Shown piece by piece: positions 56,076 through 64,000 of a stretch of 64,000 bases of DNA; positions within the stretch are counted from its first letter, which is position 1, and the number at the start of each line of letters is the position of its first letter. The stretch lies in assembly GCA_027449665.1 (NCBI GenBank), contig DAIDLE010000002.1:127587-191586 (forward strand), in the 5' to 3' direction. This DNA is from Acidimicrobiaceae bacterium. Lineage in GTDB: Bacteria; Actinomycetota; Acidimicrobiia; Acidimicrobiales; RAAP-2. A program made the translations under genes and the position numbers. Below the pieces are notes generated by a model, which worked only from the letters and a program-made list of their open reading frames with translations, ran no database searches and was not told where the DNA came from.

Positions 56076-56531
56076 CGCGCCGGCGAGCACCGCGAGCGCG
56101 CGATCGGCGTGCGCCATCATGTTGAGCTCGCTCGTGATCACGTCGAGCACCCTTCGATCACGATCGATCACGAAGGTGGTGCGGCGAACTCGGAGCACGT
56201 CGAGGCCGCGCTTGACGCCGTAGGCGCGCGCGACACGACCACCGACGTCGGCGAGGAGAGGAAAGCCGAGGTGGTGAGTGGTGTCGAAGGCCGCCTGCTT
56301 GGCGACATCGTCCATCGAGATGCCGATGCGCTGGGCACCGAGGGCGGCGAACTCGGCGGCGAGGTCGCGAAAGTGACAGCTCTCCGCGGTGCAGCCCTTG
56401 GTCATCGCGGCCGGGAAGAAGAAGAGGACGACCGGTGCGGTCGCGGTGAGCGTCGACAGGGTTCGGTCGACGCCGTGCTGGTCGGGCAGGGTGAAGTCGG
56501 GTGCGAGGTCGCCGGGTTTCATAGGTTGCAA
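56058..56531 (-). CDS. bcp: peroxiredoxin (Bcp/AhpC-TSA family)
   Basis: The motif FFFPAAMTKGCTAESC carries the peroxidatic Cys. Confidence 0.88.
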   Translation of the reverse strand: MQPMKPGDLAPDFTLPDQHGVDRTLSTLTATAPVVLFFFPAAMTKGCTAESCHFRDLAAEFAALGAQRIGISMDDVAKQAAFDTTHHLGFPLLADVGGRVARAYGVKRGLDVLRVRRTTFVIDRDRRVLDVITSELNMMAHADRALAVLAGALASDE

Positions 56532-56538
56532 CCTAGCG

Positions 56539-57228
56539 TCAGGGGTCGAGGCGAAAGCCGACGCCGCGCACCGTTACCAGGTGGCGGGGATGCGGGGGGT
56601 CGTCTTCGATCTTGTGGCGCAGCCGCTTGACGTGGGTGTCGAGGGTTCGCGTGTCGGTGAGGTCGAGTCCCCACCAGAGCGCGTCGAGGCACTCCTCGCG
56701 AGTGACGACCTGCCCAAGACGGCCGCTGAACAGGGCGAGCAGATCGAACTCCTTGCGACTCAGCGCGACGGCGGCGGCGTCCCTGGTCACCGTGCGTCCC
56801 ACGAGGTCGATCTCCAGATCGCCGACGGTGACGCGATCGGCGTCGGGCGCTGGCGCCGGGCGGCGCAGCACCGCGCGCATGCGCGCGACGAGTTCGCGGA
56901 GTCGAAAGGGCTTGGTCACGTAGTCGGCTGCGCCGATCTCCAGGCCGAGCACGACGTCGAGCTCGCTCGTACGTGCCGTGACCATGATTACCGGCGTACG
57001 GGTGTCGCGGACCTCGCGACAGAAGTCGATGCCCGAGCCGTCGGGCAGCATCACGTCGAGCAGGACGAGGTCGAGGGTGGCTCGCGCGAGGATGTCGCGC
57101 GCTTCGCGGATCGACGCGGCGCCGAGGACGGCGAATCCCTCGGCCGCGAGGCCGACGGCGAGGGCGTCTTGGTAGCTGGCCTCGTCCTCGACGACGAGCA
57201 CAGCGGGTCGACGCTCACGGTCGACCAC
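56539..57228 (-). CDS. OmpR/PhoB-family response regulator
   Basis: Receiver domain (VLVVEDE...LVLLDVMLPDGSG...YVTKPF) and a winged-helix C-terminus (RKEFDLLALF...VTVRGVGFRL). Confidence 0.9.
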   Translation of the reverse strand: MVDRERRPAVLVVEDEASYQDALAVGLAAEGFAVLGAASIREARDILARATLDLVLLDVMLPDGSGIDFCREVRDTRTPVIMVTARTSELDVVLGLEIGAADYVTKPFRLRELVARMRAVLRRPAPAPDADRVTVGDLEIDLVGRTVTRDAAAVALSRKEFDLLALFSGRLGQVVTREECLDALWWGLDLTDTRTLDTHVKRLRHKIEDDPPHPRHLVTVRGVGFRLDP

Positions 57229-57370
57229 GGCACTCCAGCGAGAGTGCGGCCAGCCACGCGCGGGTCGAGGGAGAACGAGCGACGGTGGCGGCCACGCGCC
57301 AACCGTAGGTTGGCAGGGTTACGCCAACGTGAAGGCCACCCGTCTTCGGCGTGGCCGGTACATGAAACTT

Positions 57371-58834
57371 TTACGCGGTGGCTACCGTGAACCCCTCGTA
57401 CTCGGTCGTGTTCGCGAGGTAGCTCCCCGTCGCTACGCACCGGTTGTCGGCGTGACAGACCAGGGCGTAGACGCCACCGTCGACGCCGACGCTGCCCGCG
57501 TGGCCGGGCAAGGTGATCTTGGTCGCGGCGCGCCACACGCCGTTGATCTGACTCGCCACCGCGGCCTGGTAGCGACCGCTCGAATCGAGGTAGGCGGCGC
57601 CGGCCCGGCAGTTGCCGACGCCGACGCAGGACAGCGCGACGACGCCCCCGTTCTTGCCGGCGGTCGAGCCGCCGGCGGGCAGCGCCAGCTCGACCGCGCG
57701 CTCCCAGACGCCATTGACCTCGTCGGCGATGAATCCCTCGTACTGACCGCTGCGGTTACGGTACTGGCCGCCCGCGCTGCACGACGTGGCGCTCGCGCAC
57801 GCGACGTCAACGTAGCCGTAGAAGAAGCCCTTGGGGTTCGAACCGGCGTTGGCCGGCAGGGCTACGGGCAGACCCGCGGACCACACGTCGCCGATCTCGC
57901 GCGCGGCGAAGACCTGGGTCGCCCCCGCGTGGTCGTAGTACGTGCCCACCGCCGTGCACGAACCCGGCCCCACGCAGGCGAGGGCGCTGAGCGTGACGTG
58001 CTCGTAGAGGCTCGCGTTGGCCGGCGGGATCACCGGCGTACCGGGCTGCCAGACGCCGCCGACCTCGTCGAAGAACACGCCGTGCTGGATGTTCTGATCG
58101 TCCAGGTAGGTGCCGATCGCGCTGCAGTCGCCAGCGCTCGGACAGGACACCTGCGAGATGACGAGAAAGGGATTGGCGTTCGCGCCCGCCGGCGCGCGCA
58201 GTGCCGTGGCGCTTCCCCACGTGCCGTTCACCTCGCTCACGGCGAAACCGGAGAGCGCGGGAATCGTGGCGCTGGTGTCGTACGTGCCCACCGCCGTACA
58301 GTTACCAGCCGACGAGCAGGCGACCGCGCGCAGCTGGGCCGTCTGACCGGTGGCGAGGGCGTCACTGGGAATGCTGGGACGAAACGCGGCCCGCCAGTGG
58401 CCCGCGACGTCGTCGGCGATGAACGGCTGGGTATCCCCGCTGGCCAGCTGGTACGCGCCGACCACGCTGCACGAGCCCGCCGCGCCGCAGGCGCTGGCGT
58501 TGGGCGTCGTGCCGGGCGATGCGGCGGCGTCGCTGGGCGCCTGGATGGTCACCGGGGGGCTCCACGTGCCGTTCACTTCGGTGAGGAGCAGTCCCTGGGG
58601 CTTGCCCGAGGTGTCGGTGTAGACCCCCGCGGCCACGCAGTTTCCCGTCGTGGGGCAGGCGAGCGTCGGCAGGTAGCCCTGGGGTAGCCCCTTAGCCCCC
58701 GCGGGCAAGGTCGCCACCTGCGCCGCACGCCACGTCGGTGCCGGGGTTGCCGCGCCGGCGAGGGCCGGCGACGTCGCGAGCACGACGGCGATCGTCGCGA
58801 GAACCGAGCGTCGGCGGAGGGGGAGCGACATCAC
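57371..58834 (-). CDS. secreted repeat protein (about 7.5 copies of a ~55 aa Cys-pair repeat)
   Basis: The signal peptide is MMSLPLRRRSVLATIAVVLATSPALAGA. The repeated motif is C-x4-x-C-x3-G-x-Y ... E/D-x-N/G-G-x-W, for example ACSSAGNCTAVGTY..SEVNGTW and ACVGPGSCTAVGTY..REIGDVW. Confidence 0.75.
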   Translation of the reverse strand: MMSLPLRRRSVLATIAVVLATSPALAGAATPAPTWRAAQVATLPAGAKGLPQGYLPTLACPTTGNCVAAGVYTDTSGKPQGLLLTEVNGTWSPPVTIQAPSDAAASPGTTPNASACGAAGSCSVVGAYQLASGDTQPFIADDVAGHWRAAFRPSIPSDALATGQTAQLRAVACSSAGNCTAVGTYDTSATIPALSGFAVSEVNGTWGSATALRAPAGANANPFLVISQVSCPSAGDCSAIGTYLDDQNIQHGVFFDEVGGVWQPGTPVIPPANASLYEHVTLSALACVGPGSCTAVGTYYDHAGATQVFAAREIGDVWSAGLPVALPANAGSNPKGFFYGYVDVACASATSCSAGGQYRNRSGQYEGFIADEVNGVWERAVELALPAGGSTAGKNGGVVALSCVGVGNCRAGAAYLDSSGRYQAAVASQINGVWRAATKITLPGHAGSVGVDGGVYALVCHADNRCVATGSYLANTTEYEGFTVATA

Positions 58835-58954
58835 GGTTCAGTGTAGGCGGGCTTCGCGGCGGCTCGGCGAGCGACGACGGTGCGGAACTGAACCACGATG
58901 CCGGTAGCACCGGGTGCGCGGTGGGACCCGGGCGCGGGCGGGTAGATTCGTCCG

Positions 58955-60592
58955 GTGAGCTTTGGCCACCCCGACGATCGCCCGCCCGCACCGCCACCGC
59001 GGGCCGGCCGCCCCCGCCATCGCCGCCGGACTCGTCGGCGCGGTCGCACCATCGCCATTGTCGCGCTGGCCGTGGTCGTGATCGCGGTCGGCGCGGTCGT
59101 GGGCGACTACTTCTATCTCAACTCGCTCGTCCATCGCGTGACGGTGAAACACGAGTCGGTGCGCTACAACAACACCGAGAACATCCTGCTCGTTGGCTCG
59201 ACGTCGCGCTGCGCGCTCAGCGTTCAGAACAAGGCGTACGGCCTGTGCTCGCAGGGCGTCACCGGCGTGAACAGCGACGTCGTCATGATCGTGCACCTCA
59301 ACTTCACGACCAAGAAGATCACCCTGCTCTCGATTCCCCGCGACCTCTTTGTCCCCAACGCCCGCACGACCGGGGCGAACAAGATTGACGCGGCGCTCTA
59401 CCAGGGACCGTCCCAGCTGGTCTCGGCGATCCAGAATGACTTCGGCATCCCGATCAACCACTACATCGAGCTCAACTTTGACACCTTCGCCAACGTCGTG
59501 GACGTGCTCGGGGGCATCAACATGTACTTCCCGATGGAGGTCTTCGACGCCTACTCGGGCCTGAACATCACGCACACGGGCTGCCAGCACCTCGACGGGT
59601 ACCAGGCACTCCAGGTCGTTCGGGCGAGGCACCTCCAGATGCGCCTGCCCGGCTACGGGCCCAATCACGCCACCTGGCCTCAAGAGGGTCTGAGCGACCT
59701 GGCGCGGATTCGGCGCGACCACGAGTTCCTGCGCGTCGTCGCCGAAGCCCTGAAGGCGAAGGGACTCGGAAACCCGATCACCGACCAGCGTCTCGCGACG
59801 GCCATCGCGCCCGACCTCGAGGTTGACACGAGCTTCTCGTTGTCGGACATGCTGAGCCTGGCGAGCAACTTCGCGGGGGTCTCGGTGGGCTCGGTGCCCG
59901 AGGTGACGATGCCCGTCGTGCTCTTGCAGACCGGCAGCTACCTGTACCAGGGCTACTACTACGGCGACGTCGAGTTCCCGATTGGACCGGCCGACACGAC
60001 GACGATCAGCCAGTTCCTCGAGGTCTCCCCCTCGACCAACACCATGAACGGCCGAGCGCTGCCCGCGCCCGCGCACGTCACCGTCTCGGTTTACGGCGGT
60101 ACGGGCGTAGCCGCCCAGGCGCCGGCGACCGCGGCCGCGCTGCGCCGGTTCGGCTTCGTCGCAAGCGTCGGGGGCAGTCTCGCGCCGGTCGGCGCGCGCG
60201 CCGAGACCGTCGTGTATCACGCGAGCGACACGCCCGCCTCAATCGGAATGGCCGAAGCCGTGATGGCTCACTTGAGCGGACCAGTGGTGATGGCCATCGG
60301 GCCGACGCGCGGCGGGGCCGACGTCACGGTCGTGACCGGTTCGGACCTCGGCGTCGTCGCGGCCGCCACGGCGCCCGCCGCGACCCACGCCACCACGACC
60401 ACCGCTCACTCGACCACGACGCGCGCGACGACCCACGCGGCGACGGGAACGACGACCACGATCACCACAACGGTGCTCGACCCGACGCTCGTGAAGCAGG
60501 ACTCGTCGTTCTCGGCGCCTACGGCGGTTGCGCAGCCCCTGCAGCCGTGGGACCCGCGGTCGTGCGGTCCCAACGGCACCGAGGGCCCCTGA
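58955..60592 (+). CDS. LCP (LytR-CpsA-Psr) family cell-envelope phosphotransferase
   Basis: An N-terminal anchor precedes the LCP core (NILLVGS...SDVVMIVHLN...LLSIPRDL...NKIDAAL...INHYIELNF). A LytR_C-like domain and a Thr-rich tail follow. Confidence 0.88.
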   Translation: MSFGHPDDRPPAPPPRAGRPRHRRRTRRRGRTIAIVALAVVVIAVGAVVGDYFYLNSLVHRVTVKHESVRYNNTENILLVGSTSRCALSVQNKAYGLCSQGVTGVNSDVVMIVHLNFTTKKITLLSIPRDLFVPNARTTGANKIDAALYQGPSQLVSAIQNDFGIPINHYIELNFDTFANVVDVLGGINMYFPMEVFDAYSGLNITHTGCQHLDGYQALQVVRARHLQMRLPGYGPNHATWPQEGLSDLARIRRDHEFLRVVAEALKAKGLGNPITDQRLATAIAPDLEVDTSFSLSDMLSLASNFAGVSVGSVPEVTMPVVLLQTGSYLYQGYYYGDVEFPIGPADTTTISQFLEVSPSTNTMNGRALPAPAHVTVSVYGGTGVAAQAPATAAALRRFGFVASVGGSLAPVGARAETVVYHASDTPASIGMAEAVMAHLSGPVVMAIGPTRGGADVTVVTGSDLGVVAAATAPAATHATTTTAHSTTTRATTHAATGTTTTITTTVLDPTLVKQDSSFSAPTAVAQPLQPWDPRSCGPNGTEGP

Positions 60593-60953
60593 TCAACCTA
60601 CGCTTCGCGAGTCGGTCTCGCGGCTTTGGTCAGTTGGCAGGGTCGAAGCAGCCCCTGGGAATACCGGCGCTACCGTGTGCTGGGTGGTGTCAGACCGTGA
60701 CGCGTCGCGTGCGGCGGTCGGTCGCGGACCGCTGAATCACGGAGGGCTGGCTCGACGAGCGTTGCGCAGTGGTCGGTGCCGGCACCGTGGACTACCAGTG
60801 TGGCTTGTCGAACGACGGTGCCCGGTGGAGACCGTTCGCAAATGCGGCGATCGAGGATGCGACCACCTCGCACCTACGAGGCCGCGATCGTCGTCGGGCC
60901 GTTACTGGCCGAGCCCTACCGTGGGAAGCGCATGTGAGGGTGTTGAACGCTCG

Positions 60954-61604
60954 CTACGATGCCGGCGGGGCAGATGGTGGGTCGTGCGGCCGACCGATGC
61001 CCGAGGCGAGCATGACGGAGTTGGGTATCTTGAGGATGCCGTCGTCGGTGCGAACCGTGACGTAGGTGAGGCCGGCGCCGAGTACGGTGACGTCGAGGAC
61101 GCCGAGGACACCTGAGCGAATGCGGATCTGCTCGCCGACCACGAAGGGCCGCGCAAAGAGCAAGACAATCGCGGCGAAAACATTGGCCAGACTCTGTTGC
61201 GCGGCGATACCGACGATGATGCCCGTGAGCCCGGCCCCAATGAGCAGGTGCTGAAGCGATACGCCGAGCACCCCGAAGAGTCCGAAGATGAGCAGCACGA
61301 TACCGACGCCGTTAACCACGAGGCGAACGGTCGCGCCGGCGGCGAGGCTGGCGCGACGCGCGACGGTGCGACCCGTGGCGCGGCCGAGGTGTCGGATCGC
61401 GTAGACGGCGCTCACGACCAGCACGAGTGCCGCCGCGGCGACGACGCCGTCGGAGTAGCTGTGGTGGGCGACGTCGCGCATGTGGCGTGCGACCGCGACC
61501 GTGGCGACCGCGACGACGGCCGTGGTCATGCCAATGGCCCACTCACGCCCGATGGTATGGGCGCCTTGACGCGACGAGTGGTTCGGGCTGGTCACCTCAA
61601 CCAT
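60954..61604 (-). CDS. small-conductance mechanosensitive channel (MscS family)
   Basis: Pore helix LTGIIVGIAAQQSLANVFAAIVLLFARPFVVGEQIRI followed by a beta domain (GVLDVTVLGAGLTYVTVRTDDGILKIPNS). Confidence 0.8.
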   Translation of the reverse strand: MVEVTSPNHSSRQGAHTIGREWAIGMTTAVVAVATVAVARHMRDVAHHSYSDGVVAAAALVLVVSAVYAIRHLGRATGRTVARRASLAAGATVRLVVNGVGIVLLIFGLFGVLGVSLQHLLIGAGLTGIIVGIAAQQSLANVFAAIVLLFARPFVVGEQIRIRSGVLGVLDVTVLGAGLTYVTVRTDDGILKIPNSVMLASGIGRPHDPPSAPPAS

Positions 61605-61870
61605 CGTAGGGACGTGGCCGATCTCGGGGCGAACGTAGCGTTGATCGAGGACGATGACGACACGCGGCGAGTGGTCCCGGCTCGGTATTCGGGCTGTCCA
61701 CGTCGAGTCGCAGTGGGTAGCTGGTGCACGCGACGACGCAGTTGCCGGCGCCCGCCGCGTCTACGGGGGTACTTGAGTACAAAGTCCCGCTCCTGAGGTG
61801 GCGCACTCGCTGCTCCAGGTCGTAGGTTCGCAGCTATGACGTTGTCGTCTCAGCGCGACGAGGGGGGATC

Positions 61871-62521
61871 GTGACGCGGGTGGAACGGGGGGCTTCGGCG
61901 ACGAGACAGTTCATCCTCGACTCGACGATCGAGCTGCTTGGGACTCGCCCGAGCGACACCATCCGTGTCTCGGACATCGCGGCGTACTCGCACGTGGGAA
62001 TACCCACCATCTACTACTACTTCGCGTCACGCGATCTGCTGATCTCGGAGGCGCAGGTCGAAAACTTCCGGCGACTGATCACGCGGCGGCACGCGCACCT
62101 AGACCGAATGCGCGACGCGCTCGACAGCAACGACCAGGCGGCGTGGAACGCGGCGTTGCACGACTATCACGTGGCCAACGCGTCGCCCGTGACCTTCGAC
62201 ACGATGTGGGACCTCGTGCGGGTGCTCGCGGACATCCGGACCAACCCCGCCGCCCGCCGCCGCTTTGTGGAGATCCACGATGGCGAACTGCTCGCTCGAG
62301 CTCGCATCGTCGAGCGAGCGCAGCAGCGCGGCTGGCTACGGTCCGACGTCGACGCGCGCGCCTACGTCGCCTTATCGGGCACGGTCGTGATCGGGCGCAT
62401 TCTGCTCGAAGGCTCGGAGCATTTCGATATCGATCCCGAGGCGATGCACGCTCTGCAGTGGTCGTTCATCGGCCCCCCGGTCCAGACGCCGTTGCCACAG
62501 CCGACGCCCGCGCTCGACTGA
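61871..62521 (+). CDS. TetR family transcriptional regulator
   Basis: N-terminal HTH IRVSDIAAYSHVGIPTIYYYFASRD. Confidence 0.85.
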   Translation: MTRVERGASATRQFILDSTIELLGTRPSDTIRVSDIAAYSHVGIPTIYYYFASRDLLISEAQVENFRRLITRRHAHLDRMRDALDSNDQAAWNAALHDYHVANASPVTFDTMWDLVRVLADIRTNPAARRRFVEIHDGELLARARIVERAQQRGWLRSDVDARAYVALSGTVVIGRILLEGSEHFDIDPEAMHALQWSFIGPPVQTPLPQPTPALD

Positions 62522-62596
62522 TCGCGTTGCGCAGGCAGCGCGCTGACGAGGCTACGCTGGCGTCCTCGTCGAGTCGCCACGGAGATCCCCCTGCCC

Positions 62597-63598
62597 ATGC
62601 GTGTCGTCACCCGCGGTGCCGTGGCCGGACTGCTCGCTTCCGCGCTGCTGGTGAGCGCCAGCGCCGGTGCCGCCACGTCGGCGACGTACGTCGCCCTCGG
62701 TGACTCGTACTCCTCGGGGGCGGGCCTCGGACCTTTTTTCGCCGGACCCGCTGGGTGTGATCGCTCACCCGAGTCGTTTCCGGCGATCGTCAGTCGCGCG
62801 CGGCACCTCCGTCTCGACTTCGTCGCGTGCGCGGGTGCCACGGTGAACCAGATCGACGCGCAGGTCGCCGCGGCCGGGCCCTCGCTTCGCCGAGCGAACG
62901 TCGTGACGTTGACCGCGGGCGGCAACGACCTCTCCTTTTCGGACTTGCTCGTCTCCTGTCTCGGCGGTGTGGCGACGACGACCGCGGCGACAGTGCAGTA
63001 CTTCTCGTACGCGAGCGGGCCAACGGCCTGCGCGTCGGCGGTGGCGACGGCGGCCTCGCTGCTCGGTGCGTCGGTGAGCGTCACGGGGGCACTGCGGGTC
63101 TCACCGGCGGTGGCGAACGCCCGCGTCGCCGCGGCGTCGCCGCTCGAACATCGCCTCACCGGACTGTTGCGCGCGACGCTCGCGGCGAGCCCGTTGGGCA
63201 ACGACGGACGGGGTGCTCGAGTCCTCGTCGTGAACTACCCCATGCTCCTGTCTGGCGCAGGCGCGCCGACGTGCCTCGTGGGCGCCTCGCCGATCTCGGT
63301 CGGCACGACGACCGGGTTCTACCCAGCTTTTGCGGGACCCGCCGCTCGCCAGCTCATTGCCATTAACCACTTGCTTCGGGTGGAGACCTCGACAGCGGTC
63401 GCTCGATTCACGATGTCCCCGTCTCGCCTGCGCGTCGTTTCGGCACCGGGCTTTGAGCCGCTTAACTGCGCGACGGGCTCGTCGAGTGACCTGAATGGAC
63501 TGTCGGCCGCGTCACTGCAATCTGGGGGCTCCTTTCATCCGACGGCCCTCGGTCAGCGGGTCCTCGCCAGTGCGGTTCGCACCGCATTGACACCGTGA
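62597..63598 (+). CDS. secreted SGNH/GDSL hydrolase
   Basis: Signal peptide plus block I YVALGDSYSSGAG, block III TAGGNDL and a C-terminal GSFHPT (the D-x-x-H region). Confidence 0.85.
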   Translation: MRVVTRGAVAGLLASALLVSASAGAATSATYVALGDSYSSGAGLGPFFAGPAGCDRSPESFPAIVSRARHLRLDFVACAGATVNQIDAQVAAAGPSLRRANVVTLTAGGNDLSFSDLLVSCLGGVATTTAATVQYFSYASGPTACASAVATAASLLGASVSVTGALRVSPAVANARVAAASPLEHRLTGLLRATLAASPLGNDGRGARVLVVNYPMLLSGAGAPTCLVGASPISVGTTTGFYPAFAGPAARQLIAINHLLRVETSTAVARFTMSPSRLRVVSAPGFEPLNCATGSSSDLNGLSAASLQSGGSFHPTALGQRVLASAVRTALTP

Positions 63599-63861
63599 TG
63601 TCGACGATGCACGAGTGAGGCTCGGCTGCGACCGACGCCGGAGGCGCCAGGTTCCGGACCTGAGCACACGCCGTCGTTCGCGTCTAGCAACGTGACCACC
63701 GCTCTCCAACGATTCGCCGATCACTTCACGGCGACGGCACGATCGGTGGCCGTCCACCGCGTTGGCGTGCGCGGCGGCGAGTCCCGCGGGTCCGTCGTGT
63801 ACCGGCGCGGTCGCTGGAGATGGGCGAGCACCGCGCAACTACTCACGCGCAACGCCGCGAG

Positions 63862-64000
63862 TCAGCGCGGACGAGTCGGGGCGCGGCGAGGGTCGACCGA
63901 CTCGAGAAGTAGTCGCCACTCGGCGCGCGCCACCGAGCGGCGCGCGGCCGTGACGGCGTCGGGATTGACCGAGATCGACGTGATACCGGCGCGAACCAGG
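63862..64000 (-). CDS. C-terminal fragment of a PEP-utilising enzyme (PEP synthase / pyruvate phosphate dikinase family); the 5' part lies outside the window
   Basis: My reverse translation from the window edge is LVRAGITSISVNPDAVTAARRSVARAEWRLLLESVDPRRAPTRPR-stop. LVxAGIxSISVNPDAV is the typical C-terminal segment of this family. Confidence 0.6.
   Translation of the reverse strand, partial: LVRAGITSISVNPDAVTAARRSVARAEWRLLLESVDPRRAPTRPR

Noticed and set aside
58838-60220. A 460 aa ORF antisense to the LCP gene
   Set aside because: Its composition is Arg/Gly/Asp/His-rich with low complexity and no recognisable motif. The opposite strand encodes a clear LCP core (LLSIPRDL, NHYIELNF). It is a typical shadow ORF of high-GC DNA.
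60593-60953. A 360 bp convergent intergenic region between the LCP and MscS genes, inspected for an ncRNA or riboswitch
   Set aside because: I see only short GC hairpins, such as CGCGAG-tcggt-CTCGCG at 60606-60622 and GGTGCCGGCACC. There is no tRNA cloverleaf, and I recognise no SRP, tmRNA, 6S or riboswitch signature. A covariance-model scan (Rfam/Infernal) would be needed.
61597-61806. A 69 aa minus-strand ORF containing AGNCVVACTSY, reminiscent of the Cys-pair repeat of the 57371-58834 protein
   Set aside because: It is a single weak motif match in an Arg/Pro-rich ORF with no RBS, lying in the MscS-TetR intergenic region. It is most likely coincidence.

Overview
This is a high-GC actinobacterial-type chromosome segment centred on the replication origin. 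No rRNA, tRNA, CRISPR array, transposase or integrase was recognised. Left of the origin, on the minus strand, lie gyrA, gyrB, a DUF721/DciA-like gene, recF, dnaN and dnaA. An AT-rich dnaA-dnaN spacer is the likely oriC. Right of the origin, on the plus strand, lie rpmH, rnpA, yidD, yidC, jag and rsmG. A 1.4 kb spacer with no convincing gene and five parS palindromes follows, then parA and parB. Further right are a cwlM-like gene, trxA, trxB, degV, murJ, a DUF6049-like gene, cca, ino1, padR, panB, rpsF-ssb-rpsR-rplI and dnaB. The outer parts hold ordinary accessory genes: an ECF sigma with a divergent S53 protease, an ABC-F ATPase, a DsbA-like protein, an SDR, rlmN, an MFS transporter, a 2-oxoacid dehydrogenase E1a/E1b/E2 set, bcp, an LCP protein, MscS, TetR and an SGNH hydrolase. 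The best candidate for an undescribed system is at about 39.8-49.5 kb. A NarL-type two-component pair sits divergent from a six-gene operon. That operon encodes three stand-alone COX2/CuA-like cupredoxins, a Tat-exported NrfC/NosG-like four-cluster ferredoxin, a roughly 10-helix NrfD/ActC/NosH-like membrane protein and an Ig-like anchored protein. It has no heme motif, molybdoenzyme, oxidase subunit I or NosZ, and an ABC-2 transporter follows it. The divergent promoter region carries a 7-2-7 palindrome twice. Other points worth a second look are the marked low-GC trough (about 40-58% on hand counts, against about 67-73% in the flanks) that covers only the origin-proximal core genes, the parS array, and a secreted protein built of 7.5 Cys-pair repeats. 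All calls rest on reading the ORF translations and the DNA by eye. No database search or computation was run.
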